The notes beneath the pieces are model-generated. The model did no database searches. It was not told where the DNA came from and saw only the letters and a list, made by a program, of their open reading frames with translations. From a virus, in the IMG/VR virus record IMGVR_UViG_3300045988_124583, positions 1 through 43,521 of that record: DNA of 43,521 bases, one strand, 5' to 3'. The position numbers were made by a program, and so were the translations under genes. Positions 36,301 through 40,846 of the stretch are shown here, piece by piece (within the stretch, counting starts at the first letter, position 1; each line of letters opens with the position of its first letter).

Positions 36301-39262
36301 CGCTCCACTTGAACCTGCCTTGCGCTCCCTCAAACTGGCCGTCTGCATTTGCCTCGGACTTATACAGCACGATATCAATGCCGGTCGCTTCCGCATAGGT
36401 GGTAAGCAGCTTGTAAGCCTTGCCCTGCGTATCGTTGAAAGTCTTGCGCAGATCCTCGATCTTAACGCCCTCACCCCTTACCGTGCCTTTTCTGCGCCCG
36501 GTCTTGCCGTTTGCCTTGGCTTTGTTCGCCTCTGCCTGTGCTTTGGCGGTATTGGAGGAAGCGTCTGCGCCTGCCGCGTGTGCAAGCTCGCGCTGACTCT
36601 CGGTAAGATATGCGGTCGCGCCGCTGTTCATAGCGTAGGAGAGTGAAACGCCGCTCTTACCCATATTGTAAGCCGCAGAATATGCCGCGTCGTATTTTGC
36701 CACGTCCTGTCCCTCGGTATAGGTGGAGATCATAGCCCCTGCCTGCGCGCCGTATTTCTTCGCCGCGCTCTCCAAGGAAGCGGTGCTTTCGTCCGTGCGA
36801 ACGACCTCGTCAGATGCCTCAAATTTCGCTTTTGCGGGGCTTTCTTTTGCGGTGGCATTCTCGGTCACGCCCTGCACATTATCTGCGGCGGGCTGCGCCT
36901 CTGCTTCCGTGGTGGCTTTGTGACCGACATTTGTGTCGGGCGCAAGCTCTGCGGGCTTTGCCGCCTTTGCCACGCTTGCAGCCTCGGTAGGTGCGTTGGC
37001 GGTTGCCGTTTGCGGGCGTGCTTCCGCTTCAAGGCTTTGCAGCAGCCTGCCGTATTCCTCTGCATTGATTCTGTCCGTGCCGATTTCCTGCGCCCATGTG
37101 GAGAACGGAGATCCTGATTTAATGGTATCAGGATTCAGCTCCCAAGCCACTCTTTCAGCATATTTGCTGGTCTTCAACATCAGCTTATCAGCCGCACTGA
37201 GTGTCTCGCCTGCAACCTGCTTTGCAAGAGCCTTTGCAATGGTCTTTACGTTGCCTTTTTCCCCAAGCGCGGTAAGGCGGCTTTCTGCTGCGCTCTGAAT
37301 AGTAGCCACGTCATTCTCATACATAGCAGCCTCGTTCTGCTGTACGAGCCTGCCGATCTGACTGTTGGAAAGGGATTTGCCGCTTTCAACCCTCGACTGC
37401 ATTCTCTTAGCAAACCTGTTGTTCGGGTCGATCTCCAAGGCTTCTGTTGCAAGAGCCGCACCGAGTTGGCTTTTTGAAAGAGATTGGCTGCTGTCAACAT
37501 TGTTCTGCATTACCTTCGCGAGCTTACTGCTCGGGTCGATCTTCGTACCGTGATACTTTTGCATTTCCGCGCCCTGCATTGCGTTGCCGACGGTATTGAT
37601 CATAGCACCGCCGCTACCCATGATACCACCCGAAATAGCACCACCGAGCACATCAAGCCCGAACTCCTTTAATTTGTCGGCAGCATATTTACCGGCAGCG
37701 GCTCTTTCGTCAAGACCATACTCCTGCATAATGATTTGGATTTCGCGCTTGATTTTGCTTTCGTCTCCGCTAAGTACAAGATCCACAAGATCAACCAAGG
37801 TGTTTCCTACGTTGCTGAGACCTTCTTCAAGACCCTCTGCAAGCAGGTTTTCGAGAATGTATTTTCCTGCGCTGCCTTTAAGAGCCTTAATGTTAAACAA
37901 AGCGTCAATGCCGATTTTCTCGGTTGCCACCTCAATAGCACCTGCGGCAGTTCCGAGCAAAAAGGCTTGATTGTCCGAAAGTCCCAAATCCTTTGTGGCA
38001 ACAACGGTATCGGCTGCCGCACCTGTGCCCATAATGGCAAGGGATACCGCTTGATTGCCGCCGGTTATGGCAGTCGTGAAAAGGAAGTCACCCATGCTCA
38101 TACCGGTTTGGTAGGCAAAGCTGCCAACGCCACCCCAATTTGCTTCTACCGTCTCGGAAACCTCATTGCGGATCGCGCTGTTCATATGCACAAACTTGTT
38201 ATATCCCTCGTTCTGATCGATGCTGCCGTCCTCGGCGTAGTCTGCGAGCTGTCCGATGTAGGAAATACCCTTAAGCGGACTTGTGACAACGCTGAACACA
38301 GAAGTACCAACGGGATCTTCTTTTGCGAGTTCAGCCCACTTTGTTTCTTCTGCTTTTCTCTGTCTGCGGTCAAGATCGTCTGTGATAAGATCGATATACT
38401 CGAATGCCGCGTCTCTTCCTTGCGTAGCGTAAAGGTAATTGAAGATCTTGATTTCATCATCTTCCATTTCCAAACGCTCACCATCGGTATACCCATACAG
38501 AGCAGCACCGGTTTGAATATTCTGCGCAGACTTCATATTTATTGCATCTTGGTTGCGGTTGATGTAGTCATAATCAATATCATCAAAACCGTCTTCGGTG
38601 TACGCTCCCGTAAACCAATTGCGCTTCTCGCCACCGACATAGGTAGATTTGTATTCGCTATTTTCCGCAAAGTCAGATGCCGTAGAAAGGAGGTCGTATC
38701 TATGAGTATTCAGCCATTCCTTTTCTTCGCCGTCATTGAGCTTGCCAAGCGCAGATACGATTTCCTCATAGCTCTTGCCGCTGTATTTGTTCTGATAGTC
38801 GTAATACCTTTTCGCGGTGTAATATTCGTCCTCGCTCGCCCATTGCGACCAATATTCAACGTCCTTGGTAGAGGCGTCCAAAACGCTCTCCTGCGCTTTC
38901 AGGTTGCCGTCAAGAGCCTTGAATACGGAGCTGACGTAATCATCGCCAAAGAAGTCCTTGTACTGCGTCAGCACGCTTTTAATGCTTTCCGCTTCCTTTT
39001 GGAAATTCTCTCTCTGTGTAGTAACGGTGTTCAGCCAATCGGACGCATCGGTTCTGAACTTGGTGTTGTTTGCGTTAAAGCGGTTCTGCGCGTTAGAGAT
39101 ATAGTGATTGTTATTTGTAAGCCACGTGTTCACGCGGTTGGAGATTTCCTTGCCGACTGTTTCTACGTTCTTATACAAATATCGGTTTTCAACGCCGTTA
39201 TAGAGAGTATTCGATTTTTCTTCTTCCTCTCTTTTCTTCTTGTATCTATCTTCTACGCCCAT
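24374..39262 (-). CDS. Giant polyvalent protein (4,962 aa): hydrophobic Gly-rich N-region, two zincin motifs, N6-adenine MTase, SNF2 helicase, ART-like domain, TM/repeat C-region; candidate virion cargo/ejection protein
   Basis: Uninterrupted ORF. GGAGG lies 7 nt upstream of ATG 39262 and a terminator follows the stop. The motifs were read directly and are listed in the sub-features. Confidence 0.85.
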   Translation of the reverse strand: MGVEDRYKKKREEEEKSNTLYNGVENRYLYKNVETVGKEISNRVNTWLTNNNHYISNAQNRFNANNTKFRTDASDWLNTVTTQRENFQKEAESIKSVLTQYKDFFGDDYVSSVFKALDGNLKAQESVLDASTKDVEYWSQWASEDEYYTAKRYYDYQNKYSGKSYEEIVSALGKLNDGEEKEWLNTHRYDLLSTASDFAENSEYKSTYVGGEKRNWFTGAYTEDGFDDIDYDYINRNQDAINMKSAQNIQTGAALYGYTDGERLEMEDDEIKIFNYLYATQGRDAAFEYIDLITDDLDRRQRKAEETKWAELAKEDPVGTSVFSVVTSPLKGISYIGQLADYAEDGSIDQNEGYNKFVHMNSAIRNEVSETVEANWGGVGSFAYQTGMSMGDFLFTTAITGGNQAVSLAIMGTGAAADTVVATKDLGLSDNQAFLLGTAAGAIEVATEKIGIDALFNIKALKGSAGKYILENLLAEGLEEGLSNVGNTLVDLVDLVLSGDESKIKREIQIIMQEYGLDERAAAGKYAADKLKEFGLDVLGGAISGGIMGSGGAMINTVGNAMQGAEMQKYHGTKIDPSSKLAKVMQNNVDSSQSLSKSQLGAALATEALEIDPNNRFAKRMQSRVESGKSLSNSQIGRLVQQNEAAMYENDVATIQSAAESRLTALGEKGNVKTIAKALAKQVAGETLSAADKLMLKTSKYAERVAWELNPDTIKSGSPFSTWAQEIGTDRINAEEYGRLLQSLEAEARPQTATANAPTEAASVAKAAKPAELAPDTNVGHKATTEAEAQPAADNVQGVTENATAKESPAKAKFEASDEVVRTDESTASLESAAKKYGAQAGAMISTYTEGQDVAKYDAAYSAAYNMGKSGVSLSYAMNSGATAYLTESQRELAHAAGADASSNTAKAQAEANKAKANGKTGRRKGTVRGEGVKIEDLRKTFNDTQGKAYKLLTTYAEATGIDIVLYKSEANADGQFEGAQGRFKWSEDTIYIDINAGIADIKSVDDLAKYTMMRTFSHEFTHFIEKWNPIWYNEFRKVVFDTLTERGENVEDLIDTKMAQNEGMTYDKASREVVAEAMTDILPDANFVEELANNHKTIFEKLLEKLKEFVADLKAYFSSIDPNSSREANALKEQIGESVKYVENIVKLFDKVAVEAVTNYQMTVATDIETNTDGGINHAEQEAIDARGDRSDAAKRAAGTRETDGNRSRVSETVGEKGESISEAESVQRSNRGLSNNKWLLDPNNYIDPAQGSDLFKAQDVLQNEYGIECHIVKAAEWRITESPAVTTPDGAVFISEDIDTDDLNAIPTHEATHAMHRKDFKPYLEFVERTSDMMNMSSKEAMRLLQMMLDHVGYTLDGVTIDDTDSERDRAIKRRRFMHVYDETNAFAYGISVSGQISDSKFDLDWIPNAYNDFDAYIKELSDIHEQFKAANAPKDAVESPVAEVKTDTKSIEESEKEYKKKYSPWLKRAGRRYVLHSNGVLFLSDGNFALRATEEMVGWARLEFSGTMEENALPKPVSDALENANILLTNAPLEGTLGDKTVYVFDLDGKTKAVFDKKYLSRLDGNLLYVGDYMKNYKILKAVDAEGNVVGFLLPMKAVTEVTNTKPSKLKSFSNKKQSKQEVKPNVENVDNRGAVQQSDADRQGDSRVLDEVQAEDVQGNAPRGDSVGDAVERGQEAGRNGADADNGTGTGGRSGDGDRQSGDLRRNDELTPEAEKLHEEVTEQIAEQSTEQPKGRNFVIGDSLSLPNGEKARYKANIEAIKLVKQLEAENRYATEAEQQILSKYVGWGGLANAFDQRKTEWAKEFTELKELLTEEEYASARGSTLNAHYTDISVIKAMYDGLAKLGFNGGRMLEPSSGVGNFVGAMPTEMSAKVKSWTMVELDGITGLIAKYLYPNADVRIQGFEKANIPDNYMDVIISNVPFGNYAITDKKYPKKVTSAIHNYFFAKSLDKVRPGGIVMFITSSYTMNAKDNTVRRYIMQRADLLGAIRLPDSAFKGNAGTEVVTDILVLKKRAENTAYAGEDFLEAPWTRLEKESYNGAYINTYFENHPEMVLGTPTMDGGMYRSGSLTYKALEGKGSLADQIREAFSHINGKMEYPATLSREKTNFAVERANKKTKENGLVVKDGKVYQNKGGDLVEVDKAKGAAERISAMLEIRDLARNLMNYQQQGLNETEIKKARTALNKAYDAFVKKYGFINSQANRNAFIEDPDRYSLFALENWNPETKKATKADIFSKNTIAPNRTVTSAKDVSEGLIVSVNQTGGVDTALIAKLTGIAEADVTRELIDSRKAFKNRNGDLEAAEVYLSGNVRAKLRDAEALVPIDGDYAHNVEALKAVMPEDVGYQDIFVNPGTPWIPNSVYSDFAAYMLGSRNTDWRQAVDITRNADTGNFTVELKDRYLKTNAANTQKWGTSRRTFLELFDAMLNSKSVVIKDKLDDGSFVINKDATAAANEKIENIQKEFQEWLWRDEARRTELATLYNEVFNSVVTPKYNGENLTVNGANALKPLRPHQRNAVQRVISSGGNTLLAHKVGAGKTYEMAAAAMKLKELGLVKKPMFAVPKSLVAQWGNEFIDFFPTAKLLVAEASDFTASNRKVFMNRIANGEYDAVIVSYEQFEKLPMSDDFTRQLYQEQIDSVIAAIEDAKADKGDKALSVKDLEKKRKSLQTKIDKLTDKAKDEGNIDFEQLGVDSLFVDEAHNFKNLFYTTSMTNVAGLGNKDGSKRAFDLYTKVRYLQQLNGGRGIVFATATPVMNSMSEMYIMQKYLQPDLLNQLGLSTFDAWAKQFGEVVNGVEIKPSGQGYRVKQSFSRFKNMSELQLLFRNFADVLTDIPGLKIPKMKGGKVNVVVCEPGQFQQDFMKELEQRADNIKNIDPSVDNMLKITSDGRKISYTQRMIDPSLPYEEGCKIFRCADNVLEEYKNSKAIKGTQIIFLDMATPKGKSDNTTETDDLEMDVESAQLYDDLKARLRQGGIPAQEIAFIHDADTDQKKKKLFADVNDGKVRVLIGSTGKMGVGMNAQKRIVAIHHLDAPWRPGDVEQRDGRAFRQGNINDEVSKYTYVTEGSFDARLWDILERKQNFINQIMNGDSVGRDAEDTGEVTLSAAEVKALASGSPLIMEQVQLDTDIKKLESLYRAHVSAVRSAKERLLRDSGQIASLEKQIANGESDMLATVDTYSEGKFSITVGNKKYADKKEAGVALMAEAAAKANPDGYTKVGSFAGFELRVIRTSEGIGGLLVGKQGYPFKTYPGNHAYMINHLIGVVESIDEKVKLWQHNLAELQTDIAEQEKLIAAPFAKQTELDQKRARYNEVMEILNPKEEQSLDSVDEDTVQEQSRAYIGEQDASGNALTAAQSDYFKDSKARDKNGNLLVLYHGTANAGFTVFEPSRGKLGGNWFTTSQKDADSYAGNYQHKLFDPNETDDIQTATGGNFYLNDDMRFDSAEDLERFKKDNPGAEGYLTDAEISKQLKAANENRDWDEYDRLEEVQYSAERKRIQKAYGRYEWEHSREATLGELFENPERFTVSDVLRAWDAYDSNNAARDEDYTKEELIDGLREASNRLLEEDGVSLEDFTFKARIPVGESGEIVNRANNRTYAVYANVTKPYEINANRKTLAGGNLYPSIADGLNNADYDGVIVRNARVGAHQEIGDVVIIKAAEQVKLTSNKQPTADADISYQQRTTTLGDREVLAMAAVELMATNLTDAERDALQIFQSRLSRLEGLQDDRAEQGRLYKEQQFGAKVDREAAKQTLNRMHVLDDQINKAKADVLSLEDKKVLESLLKKARKVVETEQRSHDAEILKRYRDRTRNAAAIKKYRERIATDVNELISWVMKPNNKDVVKHIPDVLKNSVIPFLNSIDFMSKQQLRGGEATKADAELVKRLNGLNGALKEQITVDGLYSGYTDLPPSFMTDLQNFIDAVNVLVKQNSGEFVINRMTSEELKQLSGVVRTLKAYITQINKFHANAMYQHVYEAGDNTIFELSQLRSDNGKSNAATDFVFWQQIRPAYAFERFGRGGVAIYDGLRRGQARLAFNTQKIVEFAEKTYSTKEVNAWEKETKDIRISSGIVKMRVSDMMSLYELSKQPDSLRHMLGEGMRVATYTAANGKKISDNGHALNEGDVAIIVNALTDRQKEVADAMQKFMQEQGGAWGNEVSVRRFGEELFTNEHYFPINSDGRHLQATADEHPSAASLYALLNMSFTKSRNEKANNRIIVYSIFDVFANHMASMAQYNAMALPVLDAIKWFNYQQKTEDGEGNRYLKDSVREQMARVYGVTEETRPGAGKRGYAEDFVLGILKAFNGTEAQGVPTDTFGMNALRRYNMAQVAFNFRVIVQQPLAISRAALLIDYGSIMRGMKLKPAAIKQNIEEMQKHSGIAAWKSLGFYDVNISRGLTETIKHNTDWKQTVGEWGMWGAEQADTLTWAAMWSASKEEVIKKQKLRPGDAGFYEAVTKLFEDVIYKTQVVDSVLTKNQYLRSKGVVARLTGSFMSEPTTTASMLIDAVDKYNADMKRGMSKQQAWEKNKHMISRTLYVYGLTAVMLAAVQAVADAWRDDDEYETFIEKWLEAFGGNTIDELMPINKLPIMADFYDLAKELLSIIGVDTYGNPPQSVYMQWWDSLVNGTQIIYQKIAGEDTNYTWYGGIYKLFQAASGIVGLPMAAATREVIAIWNNTIGAMAPSLKVKSYDPGDYNEIKYAYADGYLTFDEAIAELLAQGLVDNEDEAYFTMQGWEAGEGYSRYDKVYDAVRNGASIDEAMNELVSHGYTEKQVTEQITSKIGEWYRGGEISKQQATDMLTKYTDKSSEDITKAVNKWSSYVVTGIEYNDIGDEVIAGNITASRAIEMYMRYGGMTKEEATEKVSVHSFIKDHPSLDGESVSYSFVTAYNEYCEPKGIDVDIAHDVWKFKGSAKSDKDERGKVIVSAKEKVLEYIDSLDLSKKQKDALYYVCDYAKSTISDAPWH
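24670..25165 (-). other. Giant protein C-terminal tandem helical repeats (about 4 x ~35 aa)
   Basis: Repeat units: GYLTFDEAIAELLAQGLVDNEDEAYFTMQGW, NGASIDEAMNELVSHGYTEKQVTEQITSKIGEWY, GEISKQQATDMLTKYTDKSSEDITKAVNKWS, GNITASRAIEMYMRYGGMTKEEATEKVSVHSF. Confidence 0.6.
28255..29190 (-). other. Giant protein: ART-like (polyvalent-protein ADP-ribosyltransferase-like) domain with a large insert
   Basis: NLLVLYHGTANAGFTVFEPS...GGNWFTTSQKDADSYAG (YHGT at 29123-29134), then after ~170 aa RTYAVYANVTKPYEI...DYDGVIVRNARVGAHQEIGDVVIIKAAEQVKL. Assignment is from memory of the family pattern. Confidence 0.45.
29990..31723 (-). other. Giant protein: SNF2-family helicase domain
   Basis: LRPHQ (31723), GAGKT (31634-31648), DEAH (31151-31162), ATATPVMNS, GSTGKMGVGMNAQ, QRDGRAFRQGN (30101-30133). 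Confidence 0.85.
33200..34050 (-). other. Giant protein: N6-adenine DNA methyltransferase domain
   Basis: Motif I MLEPSSGVGNF (33662-33694) and motif IV NVPFG (33476-33490). It is preceded by the ...ILSKYVGWGGL... lead-in that I associate with methylase-helicase fusion proteins. Confidence 0.8.
34120..34377 (-). CDS. Embedded +1-frame ORF E2 (85 aa), TnpV-like small protein candidate
   Basis: AGGAGG lies 9 nt upstream of ATG 34377. The protein sequence looks globular (MSKMLITEAQYSSLTPIGREIHEYWMKFKPKMYKEMHREGTLWETL...). It lies wholly inside the giant ORF, where the main frame is low-complexity. Confidence 0.55.
   Translation of the reverse strand: MSKMLITEAQYSSLTPIGREIHEYWMKFKPKMYKEMHREGTLWETLSSEDKRLDEMALMLITEQGLAVDQAMEIVRAEIYDEMMS
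35318..35332 (-). other. Giant protein: second HExxH motif (THEATHAMH)
   Basis: In-frame CAC GAG GCA ACG CAC (aa 1311-1315). Confidence 0.6.
35557..35727 (-). CDS. Embedded +1-frame ORF E1 (56 aa)
   Basis: GGAGG lies 8 nt upstream of ATG 35727. Translation is MQNKKPLTQEEIVQMLRKERQEHEKQMATDPEYRKLWEKREKAFQKQNLFKDQIED. It lies inside the giant ORF, where the main frame is low-complexity. Confidence 0.5.
   Translation of the reverse strand: MQNKKPLTQEEIVQMLRKERQEHEKQMATDPEYRKLWEKREKAFQKQNLFKDQIED
35800..36490 (-). other. Giant protein: zincin-like metallopeptidase domain (polyvalent-protein MPTase-like)
   Basis: ...DTIYIDINAGIADIKSVDDLAKYTMMRTFSHEFTHFIEKW... with HEFTH at 36194-36208 (aa 1019-1023). 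Confidence 0.6.
37595..38135 (-). other. Giant protein: Gly/Ala-rich hydrophobic (membrane-active-like) segments
   Basis: WGGVGSFAYQTGMSMGDFLFTTAITGGNQAVSLAIMGTGAAADTVVA...LLGTAAGAIEVA and VLGGAISGGIMGSGGAMINTVGNAMQG. Confidence 0.55.
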
Positions 39263-39278
39263 AATTCAACCTCCGTGA

Positions 39279-40679
39279 TTATTTGATTGCAACGTTCGGA
39301 CCGTATATACCGCCGGGTCTGCCGCCGCTGTTCGAGCCTGTGCCCGTATGGATCGGATTAACCGTCGTATCGTAAACGTCGTTTGCGCTTCCGGTTCTGT
39401 ACTTTTTGTAGTATTCGTCTGCTTGATCCTCGGTAAGTCTGCCCGAAGCCACGCAATCGTCAAGGAATGCAGCAAGCCCGGTGTTGTCCTCATCGTAGTT
39501 ATACGCTTTCATCGTATCAACGATCTCGGCAGAGGACATAGACGACACGTGTTCAAGAGCCGCTTGGTTGTTGCCACTGCCGCCCGAACCGCCCGAAGCC
39601 TTTGCTTCCTCGTAAGCCTTTTTCTCCATTTCCCAAGCCTCTTGTGCGCGTTTATCCGCGTTAATGTTAAGCTGTTGCGTCTGATTCCATTGCGAATCTT
39701 CGACAAACTCACGCTCCAACTGATGCTTCCATTCCTTGTCATAGCGTTCATCATCGACCGCTTCACGATCCAACTGATGCTTCCATTGCTCGTCGTATCT
39801 CGAATCCTCGACCCCTTCACGCTCCAGTTGATGTGCCCACTCGGTGTCATATCTTGTATCTGCAATCGCGTTACGGTAGTCGGTGTAAGCGTAGTTCTTA
39901 TCGTCGGCATAAGCGCCGTAAGCAAAGTTACGATCATCCGCGTACTTGCCGTAAGCAAAGTTGCGCTCGTCGGAATATTTGCCGTAATCGAAGGAACGCT
40001 CGTCCTTGTAATCGCCCTGCAGGTAGTCCCTCTCGGAAGCCCATTGATTGTAGCCGTCAACCCATCTGCCGTAATCTTGGTTCTCTTGCTCGGCAAGCAG
40101 ACCGTACTGGTTATACATTTCCTGCCCCTCTTGGTTGTACTGATCGCGAGCCATGCCGTAAAGCTCGGGAACGACCTCGTTGAGCTGCGAGAGATAAGAC
40201 TGATACGCTTGATTGCCCGCCGACGAAGCGTACGAGCTGCCATAACCGCCCGTCATAGCCGCCGCTTGACCCATGGTGTCCTGCATTGCGAGCTTGCCAA
40301 GCGCGGTATATTGATCCTTATACTGCTGATACAACGCATCGCTATTTACGTCGTAAGAGAATTTCTCACGGTTCAGGATGCGGTCGATCATGCCGTTGAT
40401 CTGTCCCTGCCACGTCGATTGGTATTCACCGGGCTTTGCGGCAAGATGCGACTGAAGCGCGTTGTAAGCCTGCGATACCGTGTCGCTTTGCGCGTAATCG
40501 TTATGCGAAAAGTCGTCGTAGGAGAAGTCCTCGTAAGTAAAGCCCTCGGACGCGGCGGGAGCACTCCCTGCGGACGCGGCAGGGGCTGCGCTGCCGGACG
40601 CGCCGTCCGCGTCAAGGTTAGTGCCCTTTTTGAGCTTTTCCTCGGGATTGTCCTTAAGTTGCTTTTTTGTAACACTCAT
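39279..40679 (-). CDS. Repeat-rich virion-module protein (466 aa), function unknown
   Basis: Ala/Ser-rich N-terminus, a Q/Y-rich middle, 11-aa repeats (DERSFDYGKYS/DERNFAYGKYA/DDRNFAYGAYA/DDKNYAYTDY) and 18-aa repeats (DTRYDTEWAHQLEREGVE/DSRYDEQWKHQLDREAVD/DERYDKEWKHQLEREFVE). Confidence 0.65.
   Translation of the reverse strand: MSVTKKQLKDNPEEKLKKGTNLDADGASGSAAPAASAGSAPAASEGFTYEDFSYDDFSHNDYAQSDTVSQAYNALQSHLAAKPGEYQSTWQGQINGMIDRILNREKFSYDVNSDALYQQYKDQYTALGKLAMQDTMGQAAAMTGGYGSSYASSAGNQAYQSYLSQLNEVVPELYGMARDQYNQEGQEMYNQYGLLAEQENQDYGRWVDGYNQWASERDYLQGDYKDERSFDYGKYSDERNFAYGKYADDRNFAYGAYADDKNYAYTDYRNAIADTRYDTEWAHQLEREGVEDSRYDEQWKHQLDREAVDDERYDKEWKHQLEREFVEDSQWNQTQQLNINADKRAQEAWEMEKKAYEEAKASGGSGGSGNNQAALEHVSSMSSAEIVDTMKAYNYDEDNTGLAAFLDDCVASGRLTEDQADEYYKKYRTGSANDVYDTTVNPIHTGTGSNSGGRPGGIYGPNVAIK
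39690..40012. repeat. In-frame tandem DNA repeats (about 3 x 54 bp and about 4 x 33 bp) within the 466-aa gene
   Basis: Repeated units are visible on the plus strand, e.g. gccgtaagcaaagtt...; they correspond to the peptide repeats above. Confidence 0.7.
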
Positions 40680-40846
40680 TTGTTTTGTTCCTCCGTTTGT
40701 TTTGTGTTGCTTGAAGCCTTCTTTTCCAAGTCGTTGAGAGCATATTGAATATCGCCCACAAGCTGAAACAGATAGCTTTTCATTTGCGCAAGCTGCTCTT
40801 TTTCGGTAGCCCCCGTGATGTTGGGCGGTCTTAATTTATAACTCAT
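40676..40846 (-). CDS. Small protein (56 aa, below the track cutoff)
   Basis: ATG 40846 overlaps the upstream stop (TAATG) and its stop overlaps the next ATG (ATGA). Translation is MSYKLRPPNITGATEKEQLAQMKSYLFQLVGDIQYALNDLEKKASSNTKQTEEQNK. Confidence 0.5.
   Translation of the reverse strand: MSYKLRPPNITGATEKEQLAQMKSYLFQLVGDIQYALNDLEKKASSNTKQTEEQNK

Noticed and set aside
25210-38508. Other same-strand out-of-frame ORFs inside the giant gene (e.g. 25210-25617, 26659-26850, 28600-28869, 29572-29883, 36247-36474, 37246-37500, 38182-38508)
   Set aside because: Their translations are R/S/T/P-rich and nonsense-like, and I saw no SD at their starts. E1 and E2 differ on both counts, so only those two are reported.
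24377-39286. Series of long plus-strand ORFs antisense to the giant gene: 24377-26185 (602 aa), 26582-28102 (506 aa), 28733-30823 (696 aa), 31655-34123 (822 aa), 35717-36646 and 37736-39286 (516 aa)
   Set aside because: These are shadow ORFs of a long coding region. Their composition is L/V/R/C-rich and does not look protein-like, I saw no convincing SD sites, and the opposite strand carries unambiguous enzyme motifs in one continuous frame.
39348-40748. Plus-strand 466-aa ORF mirroring the minus-strand 466-aa gene
   Set aside because: It is an antisense shadow. The minus-strand version has coupled start/stop overlaps with its neighbours and coherent peptide repeats.
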